From the NCBI GenBank assembly GCA_965228485.1, contig OZ245819.1, forward strand, positions 630,001 to 662,000: a DNA stretch of 32,000 bases. Direction: 5' to 3'. The translations under genes were made by a program, and so were the position numbers. Under the pieces are notes generated by a model, which was not told the DNA's origin, did not search any database, and saw only the letters and a program-made list of their open reading frames with translations. This DNA comes from Candidatus Saccharimonadota bacterium. GTDB lineage: Bacteria > Patescibacteriota > Gracilibacteria > UBA4473. Of the stretch, positions 1-8,599 are shown in pieces; within the stretch, counting starts at the first letter, position 1, and each line of letters opens with the position of its first letter.

Positions 1-1
1 A

Positions 2-328
2 ATTGGTGGGGCGGTAATGAGTGCCAGTGTGGAAGATGGTCAAGAAGGACTAGGATTGATGTTTAGAAAAATGGGACGAGAAAAGTTCCAGATTTTACTC
101 AGAAACCTTTCTTTCCCAAGAATGGGAAGACTGCTTCAGCCAAAAGAAGAAGAGGGGCTTCAGGCTATAAAAAACCAATTTGGAAGCATTGATATTATTT
201 TCGAAAAACTGGGACTCCTTCGTGAAGACGGCCAAGCCGCTCCCGAAAATGTCGATGCCCGTACATCTGAACAATTTTTCAATATTCTTACCAGCGCAGC
301 CGTTGGAAACTTCAAGTCTCTTGAGTAA
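2..328 (+). CDS. 3' end of a hypothetical protein (5' part outside window); paralog of the C-terminal domain of the next gene
   Basis: Frame is open from base 2 to TAA at 326-328. Its last ~85 aa (..RNLSFPRMGRLLQPKEEEGLQAIKNQFG..FFNILTSAAVGNFKSLE) align by eye with the C-terminus of the 877-aa protein (..RNLLAPNRGRTLQPKEIEGIQSIENRYG..FFATLIAAANGNFERFE). Confidence 0.6.
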   Translation: MGGAVMSASVEDGQEGLGLMFRKMGREKFQILLRNLSFPRMGRLLQPKEEEGLQAIKNQFGSIDIIFEKLGLLREDGQAAPENVDARTSEQFFNILTSAAVGNFKSLE

Positions 329-342
329 TAAGACAGAAGCAT

Positions 343-371
343 TTCAAAAAAACATTAATCTGTGGTATAAT
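343..371 (+). promoter_or_regulatory. sigma70-type promoter candidate with extended -10 (TTCAAA-N17-TATAAT, TG at -14/-15)
   Basis: TTCAAA at 343-348, TGGTATAAT at 363-371, 22 nt upstream of the ATG at 394. Motif match only. Confidence 0.45.
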
Positions 372-393
372 GGAGAGATTTTTTTGAGGAACA

Positions 394-3027
394 ATGCAAA
401 AGTGGTGGCAGTTTCCCAACTCTGAAATCCGATCAAAATTTTGTTTTGAAGTCGGAGGTGGCCCTGGATCTCATACAGATTCTGGGGCAGAAACTGTTAG
501 AGCTACAAGTAATGATGCAAAAACTGAAACCACGGAGGATATCGCGGGTATATTTGACCGAATTTCTGGCGCGCTAAAACCAGAAGAAATGAGCGAAGAA
601 ACCAAAGATAAATTGGCTGAAAATAAAACTTACTTTCAATCTAAAGAATCCGAAATACAACAGGAAATTGATAAAAACAATCAACAAATTTCGACTTATC
701 AAGAAGAAGTAGAAACTCTTCAAACAGAAAAACAAAGTCTAGAAGAAACCAATGATGCAGATGCTGAATCAAATATCATTCTTGGACTCATGCCAAATAG
801 TCATGAAGAGTTTATGAATTTTGTGAAAACAAATCGCCCTTCTTCTGATGAAATCCGAAACTATCTACAAAGTGATGCTCTAGAAGATGTAAGCGATGAA
901 CAGATTCAAGCCGTACTACCACTAGCAAGCCAAATGGTTACCAAACTTAATAAGATTGATGAAATTACGAAACAGATCAAAGAAAAAAAAGCTGAAATAG
1001 CAAAATTAGAAGCTATTAACCAAAAAAAACAAGAAGAGAAAAAAGCGAATTTAGAAACCGCCACTACATCGTTTCAGAGAATTGTAGAGGCAAATATAAA
1101 ACCTGATGCTGAGGATTTAGATGGTAAAAGTGCTGAAGAATTAGAAGATCTTCAACGAAACAGAACTCAGGCTATTTGGGCAGTACATAATCGTATTGCT
1201 GAGTCTATCAGATCAGGAGAACTCCCAGAACCAACCCAGCAAACTCTCATTAGTAATTTAAAGAAACTAGAACATTCAGAAGTTACAACCCAAGAGGAGG
1301 CTCTTACCATGATTTTAGCTGGAGTTGAAGGGGTTACCGCTGAAGAATTAAAAGCCTCTCCATACTTTGCTGATATACAAACAAAGCTAAATCTCATGGG
1401 AGAACGAAGCACTGTCAGAACAGAGAGTGATACACGTCCAGAGGAAACCACTACTGACACAGAAACCGAAGATCCACTGAAAGGTCATGAAACTTTCGGC
1501 CCAGACATGGAAGGTTTTTATCAAGAAAAAGCTGTAGAAAAAACTGGCGAAATTTGGGATGCTCACAATGAAATTGCAGAAATGATACGTGAGACGGAAT
1601 TATCTCCAGAGGCTCAACAAAAAATTATTGCGAATATCAAAAAACTCGAATACTACCCAGGGGCTACAGAAGAAGAATTTATCGCTATTGTACTTGCGGG
1701 AGTCGAGGGGGTAACCGCCGAAGAATTAAAGGCTTCTCCTTATTTTGCCAGACTTCAAGAAAAATTAACGCTTATAAAACAACGAAATGATATCCAAGTC
1801 AAAATGACCGAAGTTCAAAAGGCAAAGGTCCTTAGAAATATAAGTAATCTCGTCGAGATTTTTGTTACTAACGATGAGTTCTTTGCTGGCAATATTGCTC
1901 CTGAAACAAGGGCAAAGCTTAATGCCTTAAAACAACAAATTGATAGTGGTGCAGAAATTGATTTTCAAGAAGCTTCTACACTTATTACTCAGGTTATCAA
2001 TGAAGTTTCAACCTCCACATTTGATTATGATAGCTATAATCAGGGACTTTCTGAAAGAGATCCAATTGAATTTGATAGACAAAAAAAAGAAATTCTCGAC
2101 AGACTTGGTATCTATAGAGACGATTTTAATACCTATCATGCCTTTCAAGCAGCAGCTCGTCGTCGTGCAGCGGAAGCGGAAGCCACTCGTAAAGCTTTTG
2201 AAGCGGAAATTGGAAGTATGGTTGAAAATCCAGAAAAATTTGCTGCAGCTCAAGCTATTGCGGCCACAAAAGCTTTCCGTGAAACAGGGACTATAAGCGC
2301 TCCATTAGCGGAATTTATCACTAATCCTGATACTGATTTTAGTTCAGAAAACGTTCAAAGAATTGTAAACTTAATGAATAGTGAAGCCTATCTAAACGCT
2401 TCTCCCGAACAACAAGCAGAACTCTTTTTGAAGAGCGTTGACATGCCATCAGGCTATCCAAGAGACAGAGAACAAGGTGAGCTTACTCCTGATACCAGTA
2501 GTTTTATTAATGCCCTTCCACAGGGAGTTGAAAATCCACAAGTACTGGCCAATGGAAATATTGCTTACACCGCCGGCGGAGTTGATATTGAAGTCGATAT
2601 TAGAGCCAACAAAATGTTCCCAAGAAGTGCTGATGGACGAGCCCAAGAATGGCTATCCATGAGCGCGAATCCAATAAATACCCCTGCAATTCAATTCTTT
2701 AGTGCTGCCATGGAGGCGAGCATTGCTGATAAAGAAGATGGATTCGCTGCCATGGTCCGAAGTGGAGGTGTCTGGAAAAATGAAATTTTCTGGAGAAATC
2801 TTCTCGCTCCCAACAGAGGACGGACACTACAACCAAAAGAGATTGAAGGGATTCAAAGCATCGAAAATCGATATGGAACGAAAGCTTTATTCACAGAATT
2901 TAACTTAATAGATGAAAGTGGAAACCTGCTCCCAGGAAATGTTCCACAAGTCCGACAAGACTTTTTTGCCACCCTCATTGCGGCTGCCAACGGCAATTTT
3001 GAACGGTTTGAAAATAAAGACAATTAG
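394..3027 (+). CDS. large hypothetical protein, Glu/Lys-rich coiled-coil regions, two internal 75-aa repeats, C-terminal domain shared with upstream gene
   Basis: Uninterrupted 877-codon ORF. Internal repeat (AIWAVHNRIAESIR..ILAGVEGVTAEELKASPYFADIQ vs EIWDAHNEIAEMIR..VLAGVEGVTAEELKASPYFARLQ). No signal peptide or recognisable catalytic motif. Confidence 0.75.
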   Translation: MQKWWQFPNSEIRSKFCFEVGGGPGSHTDSGAETVRATSNDAKTETTEDIAGIFDRISGALKPEEMSEETKDKLAENKTYFQSKESEIQQEIDKNNQQISTYQEEVETLQTEKQSLEETNDADAESNIILGLMPNSHEEFMNFVKTNRPSSDEIRNYLQSDALEDVSDEQIQAVLPLASQMVTKLNKIDEITKQIKEKKAEIAKLEAINQKKQEEKKANLETATTSFQRIVEANIKPDAEDLDGKSAEELEDLQRNRTQAIWAVHNRIAESIRSGELPEPTQQTLISNLKKLEHSEVTTQEEALTMILAGVEGVTAEELKASPYFADIQTKLNLMGERSTVRTESDTRPEETTTDTETEDPLKGHETFGPDMEGFYQEKAVEKTGEIWDAHNEIAEMIRETELSPEAQQKIIANIKKLEYYPGATEEEFIAIVLAGVEGVTAEELKASPYFARLQEKLTLIKQRNDIQVKMTEVQKAKVLRNISNLVEIFVTNDEFFAGNIAPETRAKLNALKQQIDSGAEIDFQEASTLITQVINEVSTSTFDYDSYNQGLSERDPIEFDRQKKEILDRLGIYRDDFNTYHAFQAAARRRAAEAEATRKAFEAEIGSMVENPEKFAAAQAIAATKAFRETGTISAPLAEFITNPDTDFSSENVQRIVNLMNSEAYLNASPEQQAELFLKSVDMPSGYPRDREQGELTPDTSSFINALPQGVENPQVLANGNIAYTAGGVDIEVDIRANKMFPRSADGRAQEWLSMSANPINTPAIQFFSAAMEASIADKEDGFAAMVRSGGVWKNEIFWRNLLAPNRGRTLQPKEIEGIQSIENRYGTKALFTEFNLIDESGNLLPGNVPQVRQDFFATLIAAANGNFERFENKDN
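1171..1395 (+). repeat. internal coding repeat, copy 1 (75 codons)
   Basis: Protein and DNA similarity to 1549-1773, e.g. gctggagttgaaggggttaccgctgaagaattaaaagcctctcc vs gcgggagtcgagggggtaaccgccgaagaattaaaggcttctcc. Confidence 0.8.
1549..1773 (+). repeat. internal coding repeat, copy 2 (75 codons)
   Basis: See copy 1. Same frame, 378 nt downstream. Confidence 0.8.
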
Positions 3028-3050
3028 CACTCTCTTGACTCTGGTGCTAT
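3024..3050 (+). promoter_or_regulatory. CIRCE-like inverted repeat (possible HrcA operator) upstream of dnaJ
   Basis: TTAGCACTC-N9-TGGTGCTAT. The left half equals the CIRCE consensus TTAGCACTC; the right half matches GAGTGCTAA at 6/9 with the core GTGCTA intact. A TTGACT hexamer (3035-3040) lies in the spacer and TAGCAT (3057-3062) follows 16 nt later. Confidence 0.35.
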
Positions 3051-3071
3051 CATGATTAGCATTTTGGCACT

Positions 3072-4148
3072 ATGTCAAAAGACTACTACAACATTTTGGG
3101 AATCGACAAATCTGCTTCAAAAGCTGATATTAAAAAAGCCTTTCGAGCAAAAGCTAAAGAACATCATCCAGACAAGGGTGGTGATGAAGCTAAATTCAAA
3201 GAAATTAATGAAGCCTATGAGGTACTCTCTGATGATCAGAAAAAAACTCAGTATGACCAATTTGGTTCAGTAGGCGGCCAAGGCTTTGGTGGCGGTGGTT
3301 TTGACTTTTCAGGATTCCAAGGACAAAGTGGAAACTTTGATTTTGGTGGGGGGAACTTTGGAGGATTTGAAGATATCTTCTCAAGCTTCTTTGGAGGACA
3401 AGCTCAATCAAATACGCAGCAAAAAAGCAGCTATCAACGAGGATCTGATCTTGAAGTAGAAATCGAACTTACTTTTGAAGAAGCCCTTAAAGGAACTACA
3501 AAAAGCATCCCCGCTCGACGATATATTAGATGTGAAAAATGTGATGCAAAAGGAGGTAGTGGGCAGAAAAAATGTGAAACCTGTAATGGTTCTGGACGAA
3601 TGACCAAACAATTCCAAACTCCATTTGGCACGGTTCAACAGCAAACTACTTGTGGAACTTGTCATGGGAGTGGTAAGGTCTTTGAAAAAATCTGCAATAA
3701 ATGCCATGGAGAGGGACGTTATGAACATAAAGAAAAAATAGAGATTAATGTTCCCGCTGGTCTCGATAATAACACCACTCTAAAAATGAGAGGTGATGGT
3801 GATGCCGGAAAAAATGGTGGTAGTAATGGAGATCTTTACGTTCATCTAAAAGTAAAACCATCAAAGGTTTTCCAAAGGCAGAAACTGGATCTTATTACTG
3901 AATTAGAAATTCCAATTTTTGAGGCTATATCTGGAACCACAAAAACCATTAGTACTTTTTGGGACAAAGTTGATTTAGAGATTCCAGAAAAAACTGCACA
4001 TGGAACACGGCTTACTATTGAAGGACAGGGAGTAAAAAGAGATGGGCAAGTAGGTGATCATATTGTGATCATTAAACACCTCATGCCTAAGAAGATTTCA
4101 AAAAAACTTCAAAGCCTGCTAGAAGAGTCTCAAAAAGAAGGGTTCTAA
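3072..4148 (+). CDS. dnaJ: molecular chaperone DnaJ (type I Hsp40)
   Basis: J-domain with HPD (KEHHPDKGG), a Gly/Phe-rich linker (GGQGFGGGGFDFSGFQG), four CxxCxGxG zinc-finger motifs (CEKCDAKG, CETCNGSG, CGTCHGSG, CNKCHGEG) and a C-terminal substrate-binding domain. Confidence 0.95.
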   Translation: MSKDYYNILGIDKSASKADIKKAFRAKAKEHHPDKGGDEAKFKEINEAYEVLSDDQKKTQYDQFGSVGGQGFGGGGFDFSGFQGQSGNFDFGGGNFGGFEDIFSSFFGGQAQSNTQQKSSYQRGSDLEVEIELTFEEALKGTTKSIPARRYIRCEKCDAKGGSGQKKCETCNGSGRMTKQFQTPFGTVQQQTTCGTCHGSGKVFEKICNKCHGEGRYEHKEKIEINVPAGLDNNTTLKMRGDGDAGKNGGSNGDLYVHLKVKPSKVFQRQKLDLITELEIPIFEAISGTTKTISTFWDKVDLEIPEKTAHGTRLTIEGQGVKRDGQVGDHIVIIKHLMPKKISKKLQSLLEESQKEGF

Positions 4149-4170
4149 AGAATTCATTCATGTTAATACA

Positions 4171-4197
4171 AAAACCTAGGCAGAAACCTAGGTTTTT
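4171..4197. terminator. bidirectional hairpin terminator between convergent dnaJ and pth-side transcription units
   Basis: AAAACCTAGG-cagaaa-CCTAGGTTTT, a perfect 10-bp stem flanked by an A-run and T-run. The stem is only moderately GC-rich. Confidence 0.55.
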
Positions 4198-4230
4198 AAA
4201 TTAATCTCTTTTTTTAAAAAAACTTACAAA

Positions 4231-4374
4231 TTAGCAGTTAAGCCCTTTTGCTCGTAGTTCTTCTCGTCGAGCTCGAGCTTTTTCTTTGTTAGCTCTCTTT
4301 GAAAGTGTAGACTTTCGACGTCGCTCATTGATTTGATGTCCTCCGTGTTGTTTACAAGAACTTCGATTAGTCAT
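4231..4374 (-). CDS. 47-aa highly basic small protein (hypothetical, ribosomal-protein-like composition)
   Basis: Hand translation of the minus strand gives MTNRSSCKQHGGHQINERRRKSTLSKRANKEKARARREELRAKGLNC*. It lies directly downstream of pth on the same strand. It is not in the ORF track (<60 aa). I could not recognise a family. Confidence 0.35.
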   Translation of the reverse strand: MTNRSSCKQHGGHQINERRRKSTLSKRANKEKARARREELRAKGLNC

Positions 4375-4445
4375 AGTAAAAAATTTAAATTTTCTTCGCA
4401 CGCCAACTTAATGGCTTAACAGAGTTTGTCAAAGTTTTTCACTAT

Positions 4446-4976
4446 TTACCAACGATCCAACATCTTTTTTAGACCTAAATCAAAAATTTCAGGTAATTTT
4501 TCAAATTCATCGGGAGTAAAACGTGAGACAACAAAGTCTTCTGTTCGAAAATAGGAACGCTTATCGTTACTAATACCAAATTTAAGGCGTGGAAATTGAT
4601 CGGTTCCTAGTGTCTGAATAATACTTTCAATACCTTTTTGCCCTCCGCTTGAACCTTTTTCTCTAAAACGATGAGCTTCAAAATCCTGATCTAAGTCATC
4701 ACTAATAACCCAAATATCATCTAGTTCGATTTTATAAAATCTCTGAATTTTTCCTACAGCATCTCCACTTGCATTCATAAAAGTATGAGGTTTGCAGAGA
4801 ATGGTCTTTAGTCCTTTTATTTCTCCATAAGAGCACTCTGCATAAAATTTATTTTCTTTTTTCCAGTCAGGGAAATTATATTTTTTTGCTAAAACATCTA
4901 TGGCCAAGAAACCCATATTATGACGGGTTTTCTCGTACTTTGGAGGATAATTCCCAAGGCCAACAATAAGTCTCAT
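4446..4976 (-). CDS. pth: peptidyl-tRNA hydrolase
   Basis: MRLIVGLGNYPPKYEKTRHNMGF.. is the canonical Pth N-terminus (GLGNPG..Y..TRHN.G). I start at the MRLIVGLGN methionine (4976) rather than the track start (5012). Confidence 0.9.
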   Translation of the reverse strand: MRLIVGLGNYPPKYEKTRHNMGFLAIDVLAKKYNFPDWKKENKFYAECSYGEIKGLKTILCKPHTFMNASGDAVGKIQRFYKIELDDIWVISDDLDQDFEAHRFREKGSSGGQKGIESIIQTLGTDQFPRLKFGISNDKRSYFRTEDFVVSRFTPDEFEKLPEIFDLGLKKMLDRW

Positions 4977-5037
4977 CAGAAACAGTTTACTAAATAAAAT
5001 TTCAAAAATCATATATAAAAACTAGAATCCCACACAG

Positions 5038-5439
5038 ATGAACAAAAACAAGCCAGAAATATATTCATCCAAAAGCGTCATACTAATGGTGGTGCTTTTT
5101 TTTATTTTATTCTGGCTACTCTACTCTATTGGAAGCTTTTTGCACGAATCTCAGAAAATTAGTAAAGAAATCGAAGAAATCAGACAAACCAATCATAAAC
5201 TTTCCAAAGAAATACAAGCGAAAGAACGTTATTTAGAATATTTAAAAACCCCTCAAAGAATTGAGAAAGAAGCTAAAATGCAAATGGGAAAAAAACTTCC
5301 TGGAGAAAAAGTCATTGTCCTCGTTGAAGAGGAAATTGAAATCCTCCCAACCGAAGCCAAAAGAGAGGCTCGAGAAAAAATTTTAGAAGTCCCAAATTGG
5401 CAAAAATGGTATTGGATTTTCTTTGGAGAAAAAATCTAA
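5038..5439 (+). CDS. septum formation initiator (FtsB/DivIC-like) membrane protein
   Basis: Single N-terminal TM (VILMVVLFFILFWLLYSIG), then a coiled coil and the ..IEKEAKMQMGKKLPGEKVIV.. motif typical of FtsB/DivIC (ARE.LG...PGE). Confidence 0.7.
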   Translation: MNKNKPEIYSSKSVILMVVLFFILFWLLYSIGSFLHESQKISKEIEEIRQTNHKLSKEIQAKERYLEYLKTPQRIEKEAKMQMGKKLPGEKVIVLVEEEIEILPTEAKREAREKILEVPNWQKWYWIFFGEKI

Positions 5440-7076
5440 ATACGCTGCAAAGCTATCAACTGATTACCCGCTGCCACCGCATAAAATAGACCCGTTTTTT
5501 CACTTTTGATAACTTTTGTAACCGTTCTTTCTGGAAGCATAATTCCTCCAATCATTTTATGGGTTTTTCCGTCTATCTCTCGGATGCAACCATCATTTGA
5601 ACCAAAGAAAATATTTCCTTCAATTTCATTCGGATTCGACATCACTCTTCCAAGGGTATTGATTTTATTTACGATCTCATTTTTCTTGAGATCATAAATA
5701 TAAAGATATTTATCAGTAGAACCCAGGTAGATAAAATCTCCAACGAGTAAAGGTGTACCATAAATTACGTTCTCAGCTTTGAATCGAAAGGTCTCTTTTC
5801 CTGTATCAATATCGACACCATAACAATGCCAGTCATGACTCCCAATAATGACCTGGTTACGTTTTAGATCAAAAACAGGCGCGGCTTTCATTGGACCTTC
5901 GGTCTCGAAGCTCCATTTAACATTCCCTGTTTCCGCATCAAATAAATAGAAATCTGAATCATTGGTTCCAATAGCTACCAGCTTCTTTTCTGGACAATAA
6001 GCTGGTGTACCATGCAGGTACTCACGAACCGTATACTCCCATCGACGAGCTCCACTTTCAAGATCAAGAGCGACAATTGAACCTTTATTCATAAAGGCAT
6101 TGTGTTCCAATCCAATAAAAACTAATCCTAAGTCTTCTGCAATCGCTGGAGAAGAACCAACATATTCCGCTCCATCATAACGCCATACAACTTCTCCATC
6201 ATGTCGATCTAAGGCGTAAACAGTCCCATCATAAGACCCAAAAATAACCATATCTTTATATATCTGTGGACACGAAAAAATCCCCTTCAGAGAACGACCT
6301 GTTGGGAAACTCCAAACCGCCTCTCCTGTTTTTTGATCTACTGCATAAAACATACCACTATCGGTTCCATAAAATAGACTTTTATCGTCCATACATGGCG
6401 TTGATTTTGGAACGATATAAACATAGTTTGGATCTGGCGGTTCAAACGTCCAAGCCACAGAAAAAGTATTTTCCTCTGGATATACAGAACCTCCACCTCC
6501 TCCGAGAGAAAGACTAAAATCTGAAAGTCCAAATATTGAAGTAATGGACAAACCTTTATCCGCAAATTTTTTATGAGTTTTCTCTTTTTCAAAATCAACA
6601 AATACAAATACATCACGTGTTTTTGCGCCTTCTTGTTCCAGAGCCACTTCGACACGCTTAAAGGATTTTCCAGAGTTAATAAGGTCATCCACAATTACAA
6701 TAGGATCATCATTTAAATTTCCTTCTATCTGACGACATAACCCACTCTTTTTTCGAGATTTTCGTACGATAAACCCATTCACTTCAAGTCCTCGTTGTTT
6801 TCCTTTCATCAGTAATGCCGCAATCAAGGGAATAGATCCCACTTCCAGCCCTCCAATCTGAAAAGGCCATTTATCTTCCATTTTTTCCCAAAATACTTCT
6901 GCGGCAAGGTCGAGTTGATCAGACTTTAAAAAAAGTCGTCGCATATCAAACAACCAATTGCTTTTTGTCCCGCGTCCTCCCCTAATTATATCTTCGCAAG
7001 TATCGGCATAGCAGATAACTTCATCTTTTATTATTTCGAATAGTTCATTTTCTTTTGGGCTTTTGTTTGGATTCAT
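5436..7076 (-). CDS. fusion protein: type I phosphoribosyltransferase (OPRT-like) domain + PQQ-like beta-propeller repeat domain
   Basis: PRPP-binding loop PIVIVDDLINSGKS preceded by VRKSRKKSG. A GGGGGS linker follows, then 7-8 repeats of the hhAhDxxTGxxhW type (FYAVDQKTGEAVWSF, VYALDRHDGEVVWRY, IVALDLESGARRWEY, FYLFDAETGNVKWSF ..). Start taken at MNPNK (7076). Confidence 0.8.
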   Translation of the reverse strand: MNPNKSPKENELFEIIKDEVICYADTCEDIIRGGRGTKSNWLFDMRRLFLKSDQLDLAAEVFWEKMEDKWPFQIGGLEVGSIPLIAALLMKGKQRGLEVNGFIVRKSRKKSGLCRQIEGNLNDDPIVIVDDLINSGKSFKRVEVALEQEGAKTRDVFVFVDFEKEKTHKKFADKGLSITSIFGLSDFSLSLGGGGGSVYPEENTFSVAWTFEPPDPNYVYIVPKSTPCMDDKSLFYGTDSGMFYAVDQKTGEAVWSFPTGRSLKGIFSCPQIYKDMVIFGSYDGTVYALDRHDGEVVWRYDGAEYVGSSPAIAEDLGLVFIGLEHNAFMNKGSIVALDLESGARRWEYTVREYLHGTPAYCPEKKLVAIGTNDSDFYLFDAETGNVKWSFETEGPMKAAPVFDLKRNQVIIGSHDWHCYGVDIDTGKETFRFKAENVIYGTPLLVGDFIYLGSTDKYLYIYDLKKNEIVNKINTLGRVMSNPNEIEGNIFFGSNDGCIREIDGKTHKMIGGIMLPERTVTKVIKSEKTGLFYAVAAGNQLIALQRI

Positions 7077-7263
7077 TTTTATCAAAAAAATAAGGTGTGA
7101 CGATATAATAAAAAAACACACTCAACAAAACAACTAAGAATAATCCAGACCAAAAAAAGTGAATAAGAGGAAGATAGGGCAACATCCACGACTGCAAAGG
7201 GTAAAGCCCTGGAGCCTGAGAAACATCTTGTGTTACGATTTCAGAAAATATTTCTGGTGTCAT
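7045..7263 (-). CDS. 72-aa single-TM protein, partner of HTTM-like gene (paralog of 25486-25650)
   Basis: Starts 1 nt after the HTTM-like stop. ..APGLYPLQSWMLPYLPLIHFFWSGLFLVVLLSVFFYYIVTPYFFD.. aligns by eye with the micro-ORF downstream of the second HTTM-like gene (..SIGLWPIQKFLVQYWEVIYVLWWSLFFATACGVIYFFIIRPYLQD). Confidence 0.6.
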   Translation of the reverse strand: MTPEIFSEIVTQDVSQAPGLYPLQSWMLPYLPLIHFFWSGLFLVVLLSVFFYYIVTPYFFDKNESKQKPKRK

Positions 7264-7264
7264 A

Positions 7265-8536
7265 TTAGTAGTAATAGTTAGGCAAAGGATATCCGACTTT
7301 CACCGCTCCTTCTTCGGGAAGCTTTATCCATAAGTTTCTTCTAAAAGGCCTATATTCTAAATCACAAGCATTTTCCTCATCAACAATCCGATAAAAAGAA
7401 TGCCCATTTATTGAATGATCTAACGCCCACTCTATACGATCAACTCCCGACTTTTCGCAGTATTTTTTCTTAATTGAAAACCAATAACGATACGGTGCAC
7501 AGCGAAAACGCGCATTCTGTGTCATCACCGTATTTTCAAAAGGCTCTTCCCCATTTTTGTATACTTTAATGTGTGAAATACATTGGTGATTCGCTTCAAA
7601 CATATAAAGTCCATAATAGTTTCCTTCTAGAGTCATTTTTTCATCTCCTGGAATAAAATGGGAAACGGCCTGCCCGAATCCAAGCAGCGCTACCAGCATC
7701 CATCCACCTAGAGTACTCCAGCCTTTTGGGGTTTCTGTATACTGATACCACGGTCCAAATAAAATTAGCAAGACAGGCATAACCGTCGCTGGATAAAAGT
7801 AGTGCACTAAAATGCCTGAATAAAGATGAAACACCACATAAAAAACAAAGGCTATTTTTTGCCAAATTCCAGACCTCCACATAAGAGCCCAAGCGCCAAG
7901 CATCTCCATCCCAATGACTAAATTTGTCCAGATAGGAGTAGACCAGTCTGGGAACACAGGTAACCCAGTACTCATACTGCTAAAGTAGGTCCCCAGAGTC
8001 CAACCTTCGTGTATCTTCACCGCTGTGGACAAGAAGTAAAACCATACCAGCATAAACTTCAGAAAGAAAATTTTATGCGGCAAAAACAGCAACACAAAAG
8101 TAAACAACAAATGATAATAATCATAATTTCCCGTATTTGCCATAGACAAAAAGCCAACCAAAAATAGTTTCCAGAACCATAACAAAGACATTAAAAAGTG
8201 AGCCAAGACCCATCTTTTTAGAACTATTGAATGAATTACAATGATCATCACGGCGAATAGCGCCATATACCAAATAGACTGAGAATAACCATTAGGCAAT
8301 CCCACAAGAAAGGCCGCATCTCCACAATTTTGCCAGTGAGGCCAGCAGAGATGATCTCCCATTTCTACAGCTGTTTTTGAATGCTGAAACACTCCTATAG
8401 AATGATCAAAGCTATTAAAAAACGTAAACAACATCGCTCCAAAAATCCAAACCAACAAAATATTGTTTTTAATTTCGTGAAGCGAGAAAAATTTTTCGTA
8501 ATTCTTAACGAAATTTTCAAAGTTAAAAATTTTCAT
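7265..8536 (-). CDS. HTTM / vitamin K-dependent gamma-carboxylase-like polytopic membrane protein, copy 1
   Basis: Paralog of 25656-26918. Landmarks are LCWPHWQNC, NYDYYHLLFTFVLLFLP, AVKIHEGWTLGTYF (K-x4-W-x2-G, as around the catalytic Lys of VKGC, recalled from memory), FHLYSGILV..LILFGPW, and a C-terminal domain with 4 conserved Cys. Start moved to MKIFNFENF (8536) by comparison with the paralog; this also removes the overlap with 8600-9100. Confidence 0.65.
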   Translation of the reverse strand: MKIFNFENFVKNYEKFFSLHEIKNNILLVWIFGAMLFTFFNSFDHSIGVFQHSKTAVEMGDHLCWPHWQNCGDAAFLVGLPNGYSQSIWYMALFAVMIIVIHSIVLKRWVLAHFLMSLLWFWKLFLVGFLSMANTGNYDYYHLLFTFVLLFLPHKIFFLKFMLVWFYFLSTAVKIHEGWTLGTYFSSMSTGLPVFPDWSTPIWTNLVIGMEMLGAWALMWRSGIWQKIAFVFYVVFHLYSGILVHYFYPATVMPVLLILFGPWYQYTETPKGWSTLGGWMLVALLGFGQAVSHFIPGDEKMTLEGNYYGLYMFEANHQCISHIKVYKNGEEPFENTVMTQNARFRCAPYRYWFSIKKKYCEKSGVDRIEWALDHSINGHSFYRIVDEENACDLEYRPFRRNLWIKLPEEGAVKVGYPLPNYYY

Positions 8537-8599
8537 GTACGATTTAAGAGTAAGGGTTTTAAATAAAAAGCCCAAAAAATTTCGGACGCTACTAATAGA

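Noticed and set aside
4231-4374. Assignment of the 47-aa basic ORF to a specific ribosomal protein (S21, L34, L35 and others)
   Set aside because: Its composition is ribosomal-protein-like, but its sequence does not match the family signatures I can recall. It is kept as a hypothetical small basic protein.
4977-5012. N-terminal extension of pth (MIFEILFSKLFL..)
   Set aside because: Pth proteins start at the M-x-LIVGLGNPG motif, so the internal Met at 4976 fits the family N-terminus.
7077-7121. N-terminal extension of the PRTase::propeller ORF (MCFFIISSHLIFLIK)
   Set aside because: It lies inside the better-supported 72-aa TM ORF in another frame. MNPNK at 7076 gives a sensible PRTase N-terminus. 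The choice remains uncertain.
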